DNA of 64,000 nt from positions 1,116,001-1,180,000 of the forward strand of contig JBBPEB010000033.1 of assembly GCA_039096225.1 (NCBI GenBank). Reading direction: 5' to 3'. The notes beneath the pieces were generated by a model, which saw only the letters and a program-made list of their open reading frames with translations, had not been told where the DNA came from and did not search any database. Below are positions 27,080 through 41,019 of this stretch, one piece after another. Each line of letters opens with the position of its first letter. Position 1 is the stretch's first letter. Source of the DNA: Blastocystis sp. Blastoise. Taxonomy: Eukaryota > Protista > Bigyra: Opalinata. The translations under genes and the position numbers were made by a program.

Positions 27080-27895
27080 TTAATTTTGAGGTCTTCTACC
27101 CGAAGCAAGATATTCCTTAATAGGTTTAAGTTCAGCAAAATCAATCTATAATAGATAAATAAATAAAAAAAATTAAATAAATAAATAAAAAAATTAAATA
27201 AATAAATAAATAAATAAAAATTAAATAAGTAATAAATAATAATAAATATATACCATAAATTGTTTGAGATGTTCATAAGTATTAGCTTCAGGGAAGTTCT
27301 TATCCATTATAGAAAGAGTAGAGAAAGCGACACAATCAACAATAGTAGCTTCTTCACCTAAGAAGAATTTACCCTAAAAATAATATATATATTAATATAT
27401 AATAATAATAAATTTATATAGAATAAAAACTACAATAATTAAATATAATAAATAATAACATCCAGTGTGTTTTTCAAATAATTTATTTAAGGCAGACATG
27501 AAGGTAACATAAGTAGTTTCAGCAAAAGCTTTTCTAGCTTCTGGAGTATCGTTACCATATTTTATCTTATTGAAAGCATTTTGTAAATCGACAAAGGAAT
27601 CAATAAGCATATCACCAAAAGCGATATCTTGAAGAGTCTTTCCTTGTAAATTATGTTTTCTACCAATATAACGGAGAATAGCTAAGGATTGAACTAAGTC
27701 CATACCATCAATATGAAGAGCAGGACATTGACCAAAAGGCATAGAACCATCGGCAATACTAGCAGCTTTAACAGCAGGCCATTCTTCACGTTCGTGTCTT
27801 TTGTCAATATATTTTTCTCCAGCTAATTCAAGAGCTAAACAGATAATATCAGCACGACCTCTAATATTGAAGTATCTAAGAACAGTATCAGTCAT
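27080..27895 (-). CDS. Glutathione S-transferase (sigma/pi-like), copy 2, 3 exons
   Basis: YFNIRGRA, MPFGQCPALHIDGMDLVQSLAILRYIG; only two introns, the first with a GG donor. Confidence 0.93.
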
Positions 27896-28072
27896 TATAT
27901 AAAAATCAACAACAACAACTTTAGAATAAAAGAAATATGAGATTTTTAGGGAAAGAATAAGATTCTTATCTTCAAACCATATTCCAAAAATGGAAAACTG
28001 CTTTAAAAAATAAATTTCTGGATTTTTCTGAATGTATTGATTGGATAAACTAATTAACTTCTGTTTTTATTG

Positions 28073-28234
28073 TGTCATTTGCTGCAGGGTTCGCCACGAA
28101 GACTCTGCTGGGGTACAGAATTCCCAAAAGAGCCAGTTTTAAGGGTACTTCTGGCGGCTCAAGGCGTAGGACAAAAATTGTCTGGGGAAGAGTCCCTACC
28201 CTGGGTAGCCTATGGCGAACACTGTTTGGTGGCA
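28073..28234 (+). ncRNA. Putative structured non-coding RNA of unknown class
   Basis: GC-rich island in AT-rich DNA with nested helices GTTCGCCA/TGGCGAAC, GACTCT/AGAGTC, GAGCC/GGCTC, GGACAA/TTGTCT; G-U pairs favour the + strand; T8 run at 28244-28251. Confidence 0.6.
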
Positions 28235-28648
28235 AAATTAATATTTTTTTTCATACTGTAAAGAGTGTTGCTATCTATATATGAAAGGATAATGGTGTCA
28301 ATGTCAAACGATGGAATACCTATATTTTAGGATATGGAACTATTCTTCATTTTGAATCTCTATTCCTGAATGTAGTAAAACCATAAAATACTTTCGATAG
28401 ACCCTTATCATGAAATTCAACTTTTTAAAAATGAATGTGAAATTGCTTTGATAATTCCTGGAGATATTCTCTGTTACTAAAGAAACATAGAATTTCAAAA
28501 AAGAAACAATGTATCATCTATATAGAATACTAACAATCTATTAATTACCCAAAAAAGAATATCTATGGAAATGTGTTCCATGAACTGTAGAAACAAAGAC
28601 AGTTAAAAAATGAAATTAACATGGAAAATGGAAGAGAAAGAGGTGTTT

Positions 28649-28691
28649 TTCGAGAATAATCGAGAACTGTCGAGAAAATTCGAGATTCTTC
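28649..28691. promoter_or_regulatory. Extended heat-shock element (alternating nTTCn/nGAAn pentamers)
   Basis: TTCgaGAAtaATCgaGAActGTCgaGAAaaTTCgaGATtcTTC, about 125 bp upstream of the Hsp101 ATG. Confidence 0.85.
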
Positions 28692-28816
28692 GTTTGGAGT
28701 ATTCTACATTTTTCTTAAAACAGATTATCTTTTTTATTGTTTGAAGCTCATCTTCATAATTTTTTTTATTAATAAATATTAAATTAATAAATTAATAAGC
28801 GTTAATTAAATATATA

Positions 28817-31423
28817 ATGAATACTGATAAGTTCACAAATGCTGTTGTGGATAATCTTCAAAAGGCTATTGAGTTAGCTAAGAAGAATTCGAATATAGAA
28901 GTTGGTATTTACCACTTAGCATATGCTATGTTTGAAGATCCTAAAGGATTTACATCTGTAGTATGTACTAAAGCTGGTGGTGATGTGGATAAAATAAGAT
29001 ATCAACTTGCTGAAGCTTATAAGAAGTTGCCTACACAGAATCCTGCTCCTGAAGATCTCTCTTTAAGTGGTGGTCTCTCTCGTGTATTAAGGTTAGCTGA
29101 AGAAAATGCTACAAAGAATGGTGATTCACATACTGCTCAAGATCATATATTACTTGCACTTCTCGGTGAGACTCAAATGAATTCTCTTTTTGAAAGTTGT
29201 GGATTAAAACGAAGTGAATTAGAAAAAGTAATTAAAGAAACTCGTGGTGATAAGAAAGTTGATTCTGCAAATGCTGAAGGTACTTATGATGCTCTAAATC
29301 AATATGGTATTGATCTTACTCAACAAGCTGCTGATGGTAAAATTGATCCTGTTATTGGTAGAGATGAAGAAATTCGTCGAGTTATTCAAATATTATCTAG
29401 ACGTACGAAGAATAATCCAGTTCTGATAGGTGATCCTGGTGTTGGTAAGACTGCTATTGTTGAAGGTTTAGCTCATCGTATAATTCAAGGAGATGTACCT
29501 CAAAGTTTACGTTGTAAATTAGTTTCTTTGGATATTGGTGCTTTGATTGCTGGTGCTAAATATAGAGGTGAATTTGAAGAAAGATTAAAGGCTGTTATGA
29601 AAGAAGTACAAGAATCTAATGGTCAAGTTATATTATTTATAGATGAAATGCATTTATTATTAGGTGCTGGTAAGACTGATGGTGCTATGGATGCTGCTAA
29701 TTTACTCAAACCTTTACTTGCTCGTGGTGAATTACGTGTGATTGGTGCTACTACTTTAAATGAATATCGTGAATATGTAGAGAAAGATGCTGCTTTTGAA
29801 AGACGTTTCCAACAAGTTTATGTTGGTGAACCTTCTGTTGAAGATACTGTAAGTATTTTAAGAGGTTTAAAAGATCGTTATGAACGTTTCCATGGTGTTC
29901 GTATTCAAGATAGTGCTTTAGTTTTAGCTGCTAAATTATCCTCTCGTTATATTACAGGTCGTTTCTTACCTGATAAAGCTATTGATTTAGTAGATGAAGC
30001 TTGTGCTTCAATTCGTGTTCAATTAGATAGTCAACCTGAAGAAATTGATCGTTTAGAACGTCGTCAAGTACAATTAGAAATTGAAGCAACTGCTTTAGCT
30101 CAAGAAAAGGATGACGCTTCAAAGAAACGATTAGAGAATGTAACTCAAGAAATTGATAATGTTAAAGAACAATTGAAACCTTTACAAATAAGACATGAAC
30201 AAGAAAAGGGTGCTGTTGATGATTTAAGAAGATTAAAGAATAAATTAGCTGAAGTTGAGAATAAGATTGAAATAGCTCATAGAAATAGAGATATGGCTAA
30301 AGCTGCTGATTTAGAATATTATGTTTTACCTGATATTAAAGATCAAATAGCTAAAGCTGAAAAGAAAATAGCTGATAAAAAAGAAGATAAAATGCTTATA
30401 GAAGAAGTTACTGATAATGATATAGCTCATATTGTAAGTATGTGGACAGGTATACCTGTAGAACGATTAAGTTCTTCAGATAAAGAACGTCTTTTACAAT
30501 TAAATGCTCGTATTGCTGAACGTGTGAAAGGTCAAACTGTTGCTATTCAAGCTGTTTCAGATGCTATTTTACGTTCACGTGCTGGTTTAGCTAGACAAGG
30601 AAAACCTACAGGTTGTTTCTTATTCTTAGGACCTACGGGTGTTGGTAAAACTGAATTAGCAAAGACATTAGCTTTAGAATTATTTAATGATGAGAAACAT
30701 ATGGTAAGAATAGATATGTCTGAATATATGGAGAAATATAGTGTAAGTCGATTAATAGGTGCTCCTCCAGGTTATGTTGGTCATGATGAAGGTGGTCAAT
30801 TAACTGAAGCTGTTCGTAAACGACCTTATAATGTAGTCTTATTTGATGAAATAGAAAAAGCTCATCCTGATGTATGGAATGTATTATTACAAGTGATGGA
30901 TGATGGACGACTAACGGATAGTCAAGGACGTACTGTTGATTTTAGTAATACAGTTCTTATTATGACTTCTAATTTAGGTGCTGAATATATGTTAGAAGAA
31001 CCTACAAATGAAGATGGTACTCGTACTATTTCATTAAATACTCAAAAACAAGTTATGAATATTGTACGTAAACATTTTAGACCTGAATTCTTAAATAGAT
31101 TAGATGAAATTATATTATTTAATCCTCTTGGTAAGAGTGAATTATCTGAAATTATGAAGATTCAAATTGATGATATTAATAAGAGATTAAAGGAACATAA
31201 TATTCATTTACGTGCTTCTGATAAAGCTCTTAATAAGATCCTTTCGGATGCTTATGAACCTTCATTTGGTGCTAGACCTCTTAAGAGATATATTGATCAA
31301 ACCGTTATTACTGATCTTTCAAAGAGAATGCTCTCTGGAGATATTATTGATGGTAATGATTATGAAATGGGTGTAGGACAAAATGATAACTTCGTCTATA
31401 ATCAAATCAAATCTTCTAATTAA
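28817..31423 (+). CDS. HSP101: Hsp100/ClpB disaggregase (cytosolic Hsp101/Hsp104), intronless
   Basis: Clp-N repeats, two AAA+ domains (GDPGVGKT, GPTGVGKT), coiled-coil M domain, RLIGAPPGYVG. Confidence 0.98.
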   Translation: MNTDKFTNAVVDNLQKAIELAKKNSNIEVGIYHLAYAMFEDPKGFTSVVCTKAGGDVDKIRYQLAEAYKKLPTQNPAPEDLSLSGGLSRVLRLAEENATKNGDSHTAQDHILLALLGETQMNSLFESCGLKRSELEKVIKETRGDKKVDSANAEGTYDALNQYGIDLTQQAADGKIDPVIGRDEEIRRVIQILSRRTKNNPVLIGDPGVGKTAIVEGLAHRIIQGDVPQSLRCKLVSLDIGALIAGAKYRGEFEERLKAVMKEVQESNGQVILFIDEMHLLLGAGKTDGAMDAANLLKPLLARGELRVIGATTLNEYREYVEKDAAFERRFQQVYVGEPSVEDTVSILRGLKDRYERFHGVRIQDSALVLAAKLSSRYITGRFLPDKAIDLVDEACASIRVQLDSQPEEIDRLERRQVQLEIEATALAQEKDDASKKRLENVTQEIDNVKEQLKPLQIRHEQEKGAVDDLRRLKNKLAEVENKIEIAHRNRDMAKAADLEYYVLPDIKDQIAKAEKKIADKKEDKMLIEEVTDNDIAHIVSMWTGIPVERLSSSDKERLLQLNARIAERVKGQTVAIQAVSDAILRSRAGLARQGKPTGCFLFLGPTGVGKTELAKTLALELFNDEKHMVRIDMSEYMEKYSVSRLIGAPPGYVGHDEGGQLTEAVRKRPYNVVLFDEIEKAHPDVWNVLLQVMDDGRLTDSQGRTVDFSNTVLIMTSNLGAEYMLEEPTNEDGTRTISLNTQKQVMNIVRKHFRPEFLNRLDEIILFNPLGKSELSEIMKIQIDDINKRLKEHNIHLRASDKALNKILSDAYEPSFGARPLKRYIDQTVITDLSKRMLSGDIIDGNDYEMGVGQNDNFVYNQIKSSN

Positions 31424-32061
31424 TTTAGTGTATTTTTGTTTTTATTTTTAATTTTTTTTTTAATTCTTTATGAATTAAAATAATTTCTTTCTCTAGCTTT
31501 TCTTTAATACTTTTTTTTGCTTATTGTTTTAGATTGATTTTTATGAAAAATAAAAGTCATAAAATAGTTTTATTCTTTCTCTATTATTCTTTGTGTTTAA
31601 ATGTGCTCTCTTTTATTTAATTGTTTTGTTTATCTATATTAAAATAATGAGTTAAGTGATATATAAAGTTTAATAAAAAAATGACAGTATATATCTATAT
31701 TATAAGGAAGATAAGGACAATCATTGAGGAAAAACTCATGCTCACTTTTTTTTTAAGAAACAAGTATAATATAAAGTAGTTTAATAATAATTGTAATTAA
31801 TAAAATAAAATAATACTGGATAGGGATGATTCTTATGACTAGCTATGACAAATTCAAACAAAATATGTTATGATTTATTATTATTTTGAATATTTGTTGT
31901 CGTATCATAATACTCATAACATCTATGGATTAAAATAATAAAAAATAATGCCTATATTGATAAAATCATTTTTTTGTATCCAAAGAGAGTTTTTTCCCCA
32001 TCTTTCGATTGTTTTTATTCTATCGAAAACAATATTATCTTTTATTACCTTTCTTTTAAAA

Positions 32062-33363
32062 ATGTTTAAATTTAAACCAACTCAATTTGGATTGATTGTT
32101 CCTGAGAAGAAGAAGCAAGAAGTAAAATCGGTTTTCGACACAAATGATCAGTTAACATCGAAGGAAGAGCGTGAAAAACGTATTATGCGTGAAGAGCTTG
32201 CAAATCAAAAACGATTAGCTTTGAATGATGCAAGTGTTTCTGCTCAATCAGTGAATCTTGAAGATGAATATGATTACGATAAGTATTTAGATGAAAAAAT
32301 TGCAGTTGAAGAAGCTGAAAAGAAACTTAAAACATATGAAAAACCCAAAGTATGTTTTTTTTTACAAATAATTTTTCTTTATTTTTAAAAATGGTATGTA
32401 TATATAGTCAAAATATATTCATTTACTAAAGAAACGAGCTGATGAAAGAAATCGTGAAAATGAGATTATATATGAAAAGTATGTATTTGTTTTAGACTAT
32501 TTAATATAGTAGTATTTCTATTATTATTATATATTTGTAAAAAATTGATGAATAAAAATAAATGATTATTATTCAATAGACAAATTCAGAAAGAGCGTGA
32601 AGAAGAAGGTGAAGAGTTTGCTGGAAAAGAACAATATATAACAACCGGCTATAAGAAGAAGTTACAAGAACAAAAGAAATGGTTAGCGGAACAAGCGGTG
32701 AAAGATAAGAAAGATGAGGAGACATCTGCAAAGACTGTTGGAAATATGAGTGATTATTACATGAATTTTATGACAAAGAATATTTCTGTTATGGGAGAAG
32801 AAGAAGATATAAAGAAACATCATGAAGAATTATTAAAGAAAATAAAGATAGAAGAGGAGAAGAAGAAGTTTTTAAATGAAAATAATACAAAAGAAATGAA
32901 TTCATTTAAAGAAGAAGAAGAAGGTAATTTTCTGATGGATCCTTCTTTGAAATCTAAAGAAGGTTCTAGTAAAGAAAATAAAGAGCAAAGAGAGAAATCT
33001 CATGATTCTAATGATGATAAAAATGAAGATGAAAATAATTATGGGTTTTTAATGGATCCAGAACGTATGAAGAAACCAGTTTCTTCTTCTACTCCTTCTA
33101 AATCTTCTTCATCTAATAAACATAATACTAGTTCAAGTAAGCATAGAGATACTCATAATCATAGTTATAATCATCATCATTCTTCAGAAAGAAGATCTAG
33201 AAGTCGAAGTCATAATCATTCATATCAACATACTTCTCCTTCTTCTTCTTCTTCGACATATCATCAGTCACATGGAGATTCTAGACATCGATATCATGAG
33301 TCACGTCATTCGAATAGAAGTCACTCACGTGATCGATCCAATCATCACACACATCGTCATTAA
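32062..33363 (+). CDS. NSRP1: Nuclear speckle splicing regulator NSRP1/CCDC55 (DUF2040), 3 exons
   Basis: QFGLI, YDYD, KSKYIHLLKKRADERNRE, EREEEGEEFAGKEQYITTGYKKKLQE; RS/His-rich tail. Confidence 0.85.
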
Positions 33364-33656
33364 TATATATTATTTTTAGTGTTTTCTCTTATTTTAAAAT
33401 AATTTTATTTTTTTGTTATTTTTTTTTATTCTATAATTATAAATCGATAAAATACAGTATGTATTTTCCAGTCTTGAATAAGTATTCTTTAAAAAAGAAA
33501 TAATATTTTTAAAAATACCAAACAACTTTAAAACATATACATATAAATAGACGACATATAAAAAAACATATAACAACAATGTAAATAAAAAAAATATATA
33601 GACATGAAAATGAAAAAAAGAAAATAGAAAATAAATAAAATAAAATAAAATAGATT

Positions 33657-34297
33657 TTATTTAATACCATAATTATAATATCTTGTTTTATCTCCTCCTT
33701 TGAATTTAAAATTAAGTTCTGGAGGTCGATCTACTTGTTCTGTAATACCTATAGTTATTTTCTGATCTTTTTCTTCTAATAATTCTTCTTTCTTTTCCAG
33801 TTGATCCACTTTCTTTTGAATCATTTTCTCTTTACGTTTTTGAAGGTATCTAGAAATAGTGTATATAGTAATATGTTTAAGTATTATTATGATTATGATT
33901 ATTATGATAATGATTATTATTATGACAGTATTATTACATATAATAAATAAATATATAATAATAAGTATATAAATAAAACAATAAATATATATAATCATAA
34001 GTATATAAATAAAACAATAAATATATATAATCATAAGTATATAAATAAAACAATAAATATATATAATCATAAGTATATAAATAATAAAACAATAATAACC
34101 ACTCACATACTCGCTCTTTTTTATTTGAGATTTACGTATTTTAATTTGTTCTTTTGAAAGATCTTTTTGAATAGATTCATTGATTCTACGGCCATACATC
34201 TTTAAAGATTCACCCTTAAAACGACCTTTCTCTCGCTATATAAAATATAAATAAATCAATAAATAAAAGTAACAAATTTAATATGAACATATAGTAG

Positions 34298-34330
<33 letters not shown>

Positions 34331-34738
34331 TACCATTTCTTTTTCTTTTTCAAGCTTGATTTCTTTCTTAACTGGAGCTAATTGTTTTTGTCTAGTTTTA
34401 AAATCTTCAACTGGAATCACTATAATAATAAAATTATATATAAATATCAATTCTTTGGATCATTTTAGTTTTTGAAAAAACATGTATCGTATCTACTTAC
34501 ATTTAAATCTCCATCGCTTTGATTCGTGATCCGTTTCTCCTTCAGGATCTTCATCATATTGTCTTTTACCTTTCTTCATAGAATCTTCCCATGGATCTAA
34601 TGACTTGTAGGGTGTTCTTTGATGTTTGGTGCTAGTTCTGTGAAAAGCTTTGTCAACTTTTCTCTTCTCAACGTATTTATCAACTAGCTTTTCCAGATTT
34701 TTGTCTTCCTTTGGAACATCATTATTTCTCTTACGCAT
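33657..34738 (-). CDS. Basic coiled-coil protein, CCDC137-like, 4 exons
   Basis: In-frame GT-AG joins; RFKGESLKMYGRRIN and TEQVDRPPEL resemble CCDC137-family motifs. Confidence 0.6.
33950..34095. repeat. Intronic 33-bp minisatellite (about 4 copies)
   Basis: Unit aataaatatatataatcataagtatataaataaaac-like, repeated. Confidence 0.75.
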
Positions 34739-34915
34739 TATTTGTATCTTTCAGAAAAACTATTATTAATATATGGAAGAAAGAAGTCGATTTGACCACA
34801 CAGAAAAAAATATATATATAATTGCAGGAAAATAAAAATGTTGACTGTATTTTTTGTTTTGATTTATAGTTTTCAAAAAAAAAAAATTAAAAACTTTGTT
34901 TGATCCTTATTCTAG

Positions 34916-37601
34916 ATGGAGATTGATTTATCCGATAATATTCAAGATCAAGATGACAACAATGGTGTAGATTCAAGTGGAATTGATGGTTTTTCATTTT
35001 CACAAGTATTCAAACATGATGGAAGAAATGTTCAATGGTCTCCAGATGGATTATATATAGCATCTATACTCGAGAAGAAATTGATTGTTCGAGAAAGAAC
35101 TGAATTGACTGTAGTGTATAGTCATGATCTTGAAGATAAATTGGATTATTTTGAATGGTCTTCTGATTCTTCATTGATTTTATGCTTATATAAAAAATAT
35201 GACGTTGTTGATGTTTATTCATTATTAGATCCTAAATATATGATTCGTATTGCGGCTCATGAAGAAGGAATGGTAGGTGCAACATTTGCACATGATAGTA
35301 CACATGTCATTGTCTTTTCTGATTTTCAATTACGTACAACTGTTTATTCTTTAAACCCAAAGGAAGGATATGTATTGATTTAAAAAAAATTGTTGTTTAT
35401 TTTCTTTTATTATTATTTTTTTTAAATATAAAATAAGAATAAAATAGTTTTATTTCAATATTTCTTGTTAATATAGATATGTGTTTCCTGGTGCTAAGAA
35501 TCCAAGATCTATGATATGTTATACAGATAATGATTCATTCTTAATATTAGGAAGTCGAAATGGAGGAAAAGATATGATTAATATTATTAGTACTACTACT
35601 TGGACAATTATTAATCAATTTCAAGTCGATTCTATTGACATGGAATCTGTATATATATATATAGTTTTTTAAACAGATTTATAGTTATAACTATATTATA
35701 AAGATTTATTGTTTTTCAATCAATATATATATAGTTTTTTAAACAGATTTATAGTTACAACTATATTTTAAATTATATTATAAAGATTTATTGTTATAAC
35801 TATATTTAAAATTATATTATAAAGATTTATTGTTATAACTATATTTTAAATTATATTATAAAGATTTATTGTTATTCAATCACTATATATATAAAGTTCT
35901 TAAAAAATATTTATAGTTATAACTATATTTTAAATTATATTATAAAGATTTGTTATTATTTAATATATATATAGATATCTTTTTGTAAGGATGATAAATG
36001 TATATGTATAATTGATTCACCTCTTTATTATAATGTATTTATATACACATTAAATGGAACAAAAATAACACAAATAAATGTAAGCTATTGTTATTATAAT
36101 TACAGTTATTCTTATTTTTATATTATTATAGTTCTATTATTGATATATGATTCTAGTTATTTTTTTATTTTATCATTATATTTATTTTTATTTTATTATT
36201 TATATTATTATATTGATATTATTTTTTGTTATTGTATTTATATTAAAGTGATATTATTTTTTTATTGTATTTGTATTAAAGTGATATACTGTTGATATAT
36301 ATATATATATTACTATAATTCTATATAACTCTTGTATATATAAACTAATCTTATTATACTTGTTCTCCTTAGCCTTATAATGATGCGATGGGTTGTCGAC
36401 GATTCGCCTTTTCTCCCTCTCAACCTCTTTTGGCTCTAGGAGGATATGACCAGTGTATTCGCGTTTATAATACTATTTCTTGGAAAGATCAATCTATTCA
36501 TATACATACACAAGAATCATTTGTCGATAATGCTGTATATATATATATATTGAAATTATATTGATCTATGTTTAATAATGATTAAATATATAATACTATT
36601 TATTTTTTTTTGTAGTAATATAATTATAGATATAATTATAGTTATATCTATATCAATAATTATATCTATATATATAAGTATAACTAATAAATAATCATAT
36701 CTATATATATAAGTATAACTAATAAATAATCATATCTATATCTATAACTATATCTATATCTATAACTATATCTATAGGCCGCTTATATAGAGATAAGTAA
36801 GAGTGATGTATATCAGTCATTACAGGGACAAAAAGCAACTCCAAAACTAGAAAATGAACTTAAAGCTGCTGCAGGGGATACATTCTTTTATGTATATAGA
36901 GGCGCCATTGATATTGCTCTTAAAAAGATACAACCCAGGTATATATAATAATAATAAACATTATAATAAACATAATAAACATTATAATAAACATAATAAA
37001 CATTATAATAAACATTATAATAAACATTATATATATATATATATATAGAATAGAAGAATGTAAAGTAGGTATTAGTAATTTATCATGGAGTCCTGATGGA
37101 AGATATGTAGTATATATATATATAATTAATATAATAAACATAATAAACATAATAAACAAAATAATAATTAATATTCTTTGTTAATTACTCCTATATATCT
37201 ACATTTAGCAATCTACAAGTGATAATCTTCCTAAAGCTGTTTGGATATGGGATATATATCGTCATCGTTTACATTCTATTATTATATTTAAAGAAGTAGT
37301 AACAAGTGTGACGTGGTGTCCCGTTGCGTTCTTATTAGCTATTGCTACTGCTTCGAAAATGGTCTATATTTGGAGACCAACAGGCATGTGTTGGCTACGA
37401 ATTCCTGAAAGTATATAATTATATGGATTACTATTAGTTTCATTCAAATAAATATAAATACTATAAAAGAATCTCATTATGCTTTTTATAATCATTATGT
37501 ATATAGAAGATTTCAATGTAAAGACATTGAAATGGAATGATGATGGAAACACGCTATTATTATGTGATCAAAATTCTTATATTGTTTCTTATTTCGAATA
37601 A
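34916..37601 (+). CDS. WRAP73: WD repeat protein WRAP73/WDR8, 8 exons
   Basis: QWSPDGLYIA, FSDFQLRTTVYSL, LALGGYDQCIRV, SWSPDGRYV...DNLPKAVWIWD are colinear with WRAP73; intron 1 is non-canonical. Confidence 0.9.
35650..35960. repeat. Intronic compound minisatellite (unit of about 38 bp) in WRAP73 intron 2
   Basis: ataactatattttaaattatattataaagatttattg repeated 4-5 times, plus a duplicated splice-donor-proximal block. Confidence 0.8.
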
Positions 37602-38193
37602 TTGCATTCGTTTTCATTTTTAAATATTATAACTAGTATCTTGTCAGCAGTGTTATACTTGTAGAACTTATTCACTATTATGTTTTATTCATTGTATGCT
37701 ATTCTTTTCAATTTTGGCTGTTTTCATTTCATTTTAATGGCATTGTTATGTGTTTTGGAACTCTATTTTAATAACTAACATTATGAAATCCAAGAATTCT
37801 TTTCTTTTTTTCTATATTATGAAAAAATAAAATGAATAAACATAAATAAAATAAAATGAAAATCATTATGACTCTATTTTCTTTTCCACTTTATTTTCCT
37901 GTAAATAGCCAATAGTTGAACTCAAAGACTCCAAGTTCAGAACACAAAAGATATCCCCAATCATAAAACCCAAAGAAAATTCCGAGAAGTCAAAATTTGT
38001 TCAACCAATAAAGGAAGAGATATGGAAAATAGATGGATTTCATTGGCTTAAAAAATTTGTCATTCTCGTAGAATTATAAAAGCGAATGCAGTGAGTGACC
38101 TTTATTCTGATGTGGATAAATATATAAACAGTTTCTTTTAAAGAATTGAGACTCTCCCTACTATTAAACTTAATCTAAGAAAAGTCTTTCAAT

Positions 38194-40280
<2,087 letters not shown>

Positions 40281-41019
40281 ATATCTATAAGTAATCTATC
40301 TGTAGTATATCGAAACATTTATTGAACACTTGCTCTCATATATCAATTGTATATTGTTTTTAACAATACAGAATAATAAGATATATATGTCTATTTTCTT
40401 AATATAATTCTCATCCTACTTTTATTATTATTATATATTTTTATATATTTATATAATAATTGTTCTATCTATTTTTATGATTATCTCATTGGGATACACT
40501 TAATAGAACAATATTATTCTAATTATTTCTCATCTTTTTTTTTTCATATTCACTCATTCATTTTCATTCAAAAATCAAAACATTATCTATATATATTGTT
40601 TGTATCATAATATTCTATTGTTATTTATTCTTTTTGCTTTTTTATCACTCGTTCTTTTATAATTATTCTCCATTTTTACTTTTCTTTTCTTCTGAACTTT
40701 TTCTCTTTTTATGTATACGTCTTCATTTCCTTTATTTTATTTCATTTTTAATGGAAACGAAAAGATCCATTGTTCATTTTGTTTTGTTCAAGTTTTTATG
40801 AACTTAGATAATAACATATATATGTCTTTTGTAAATAAATACTATTAACTAACCTTTATTCACTTTTAAAATTTGCAAATTGAAATGAAACTAAATAAAA
40901 GCAAGTTTCTGAATAAACAACTGGTTTCTTCTGAAATGAACTGACTTTTTTCCTGACTCACTTTTTTTATCCATTATTTCAAAATACTTGATCTTCGATT
41001 ATTCTTCAATTTATTTAAT

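Noticed and set aside
28050-28284. Three overlapping 61-70 aa ORFs in the GC island
   Set aside because: They are open because of GC content, show no AT-biased codon usage, and the base-pairing pattern fits an RNA better
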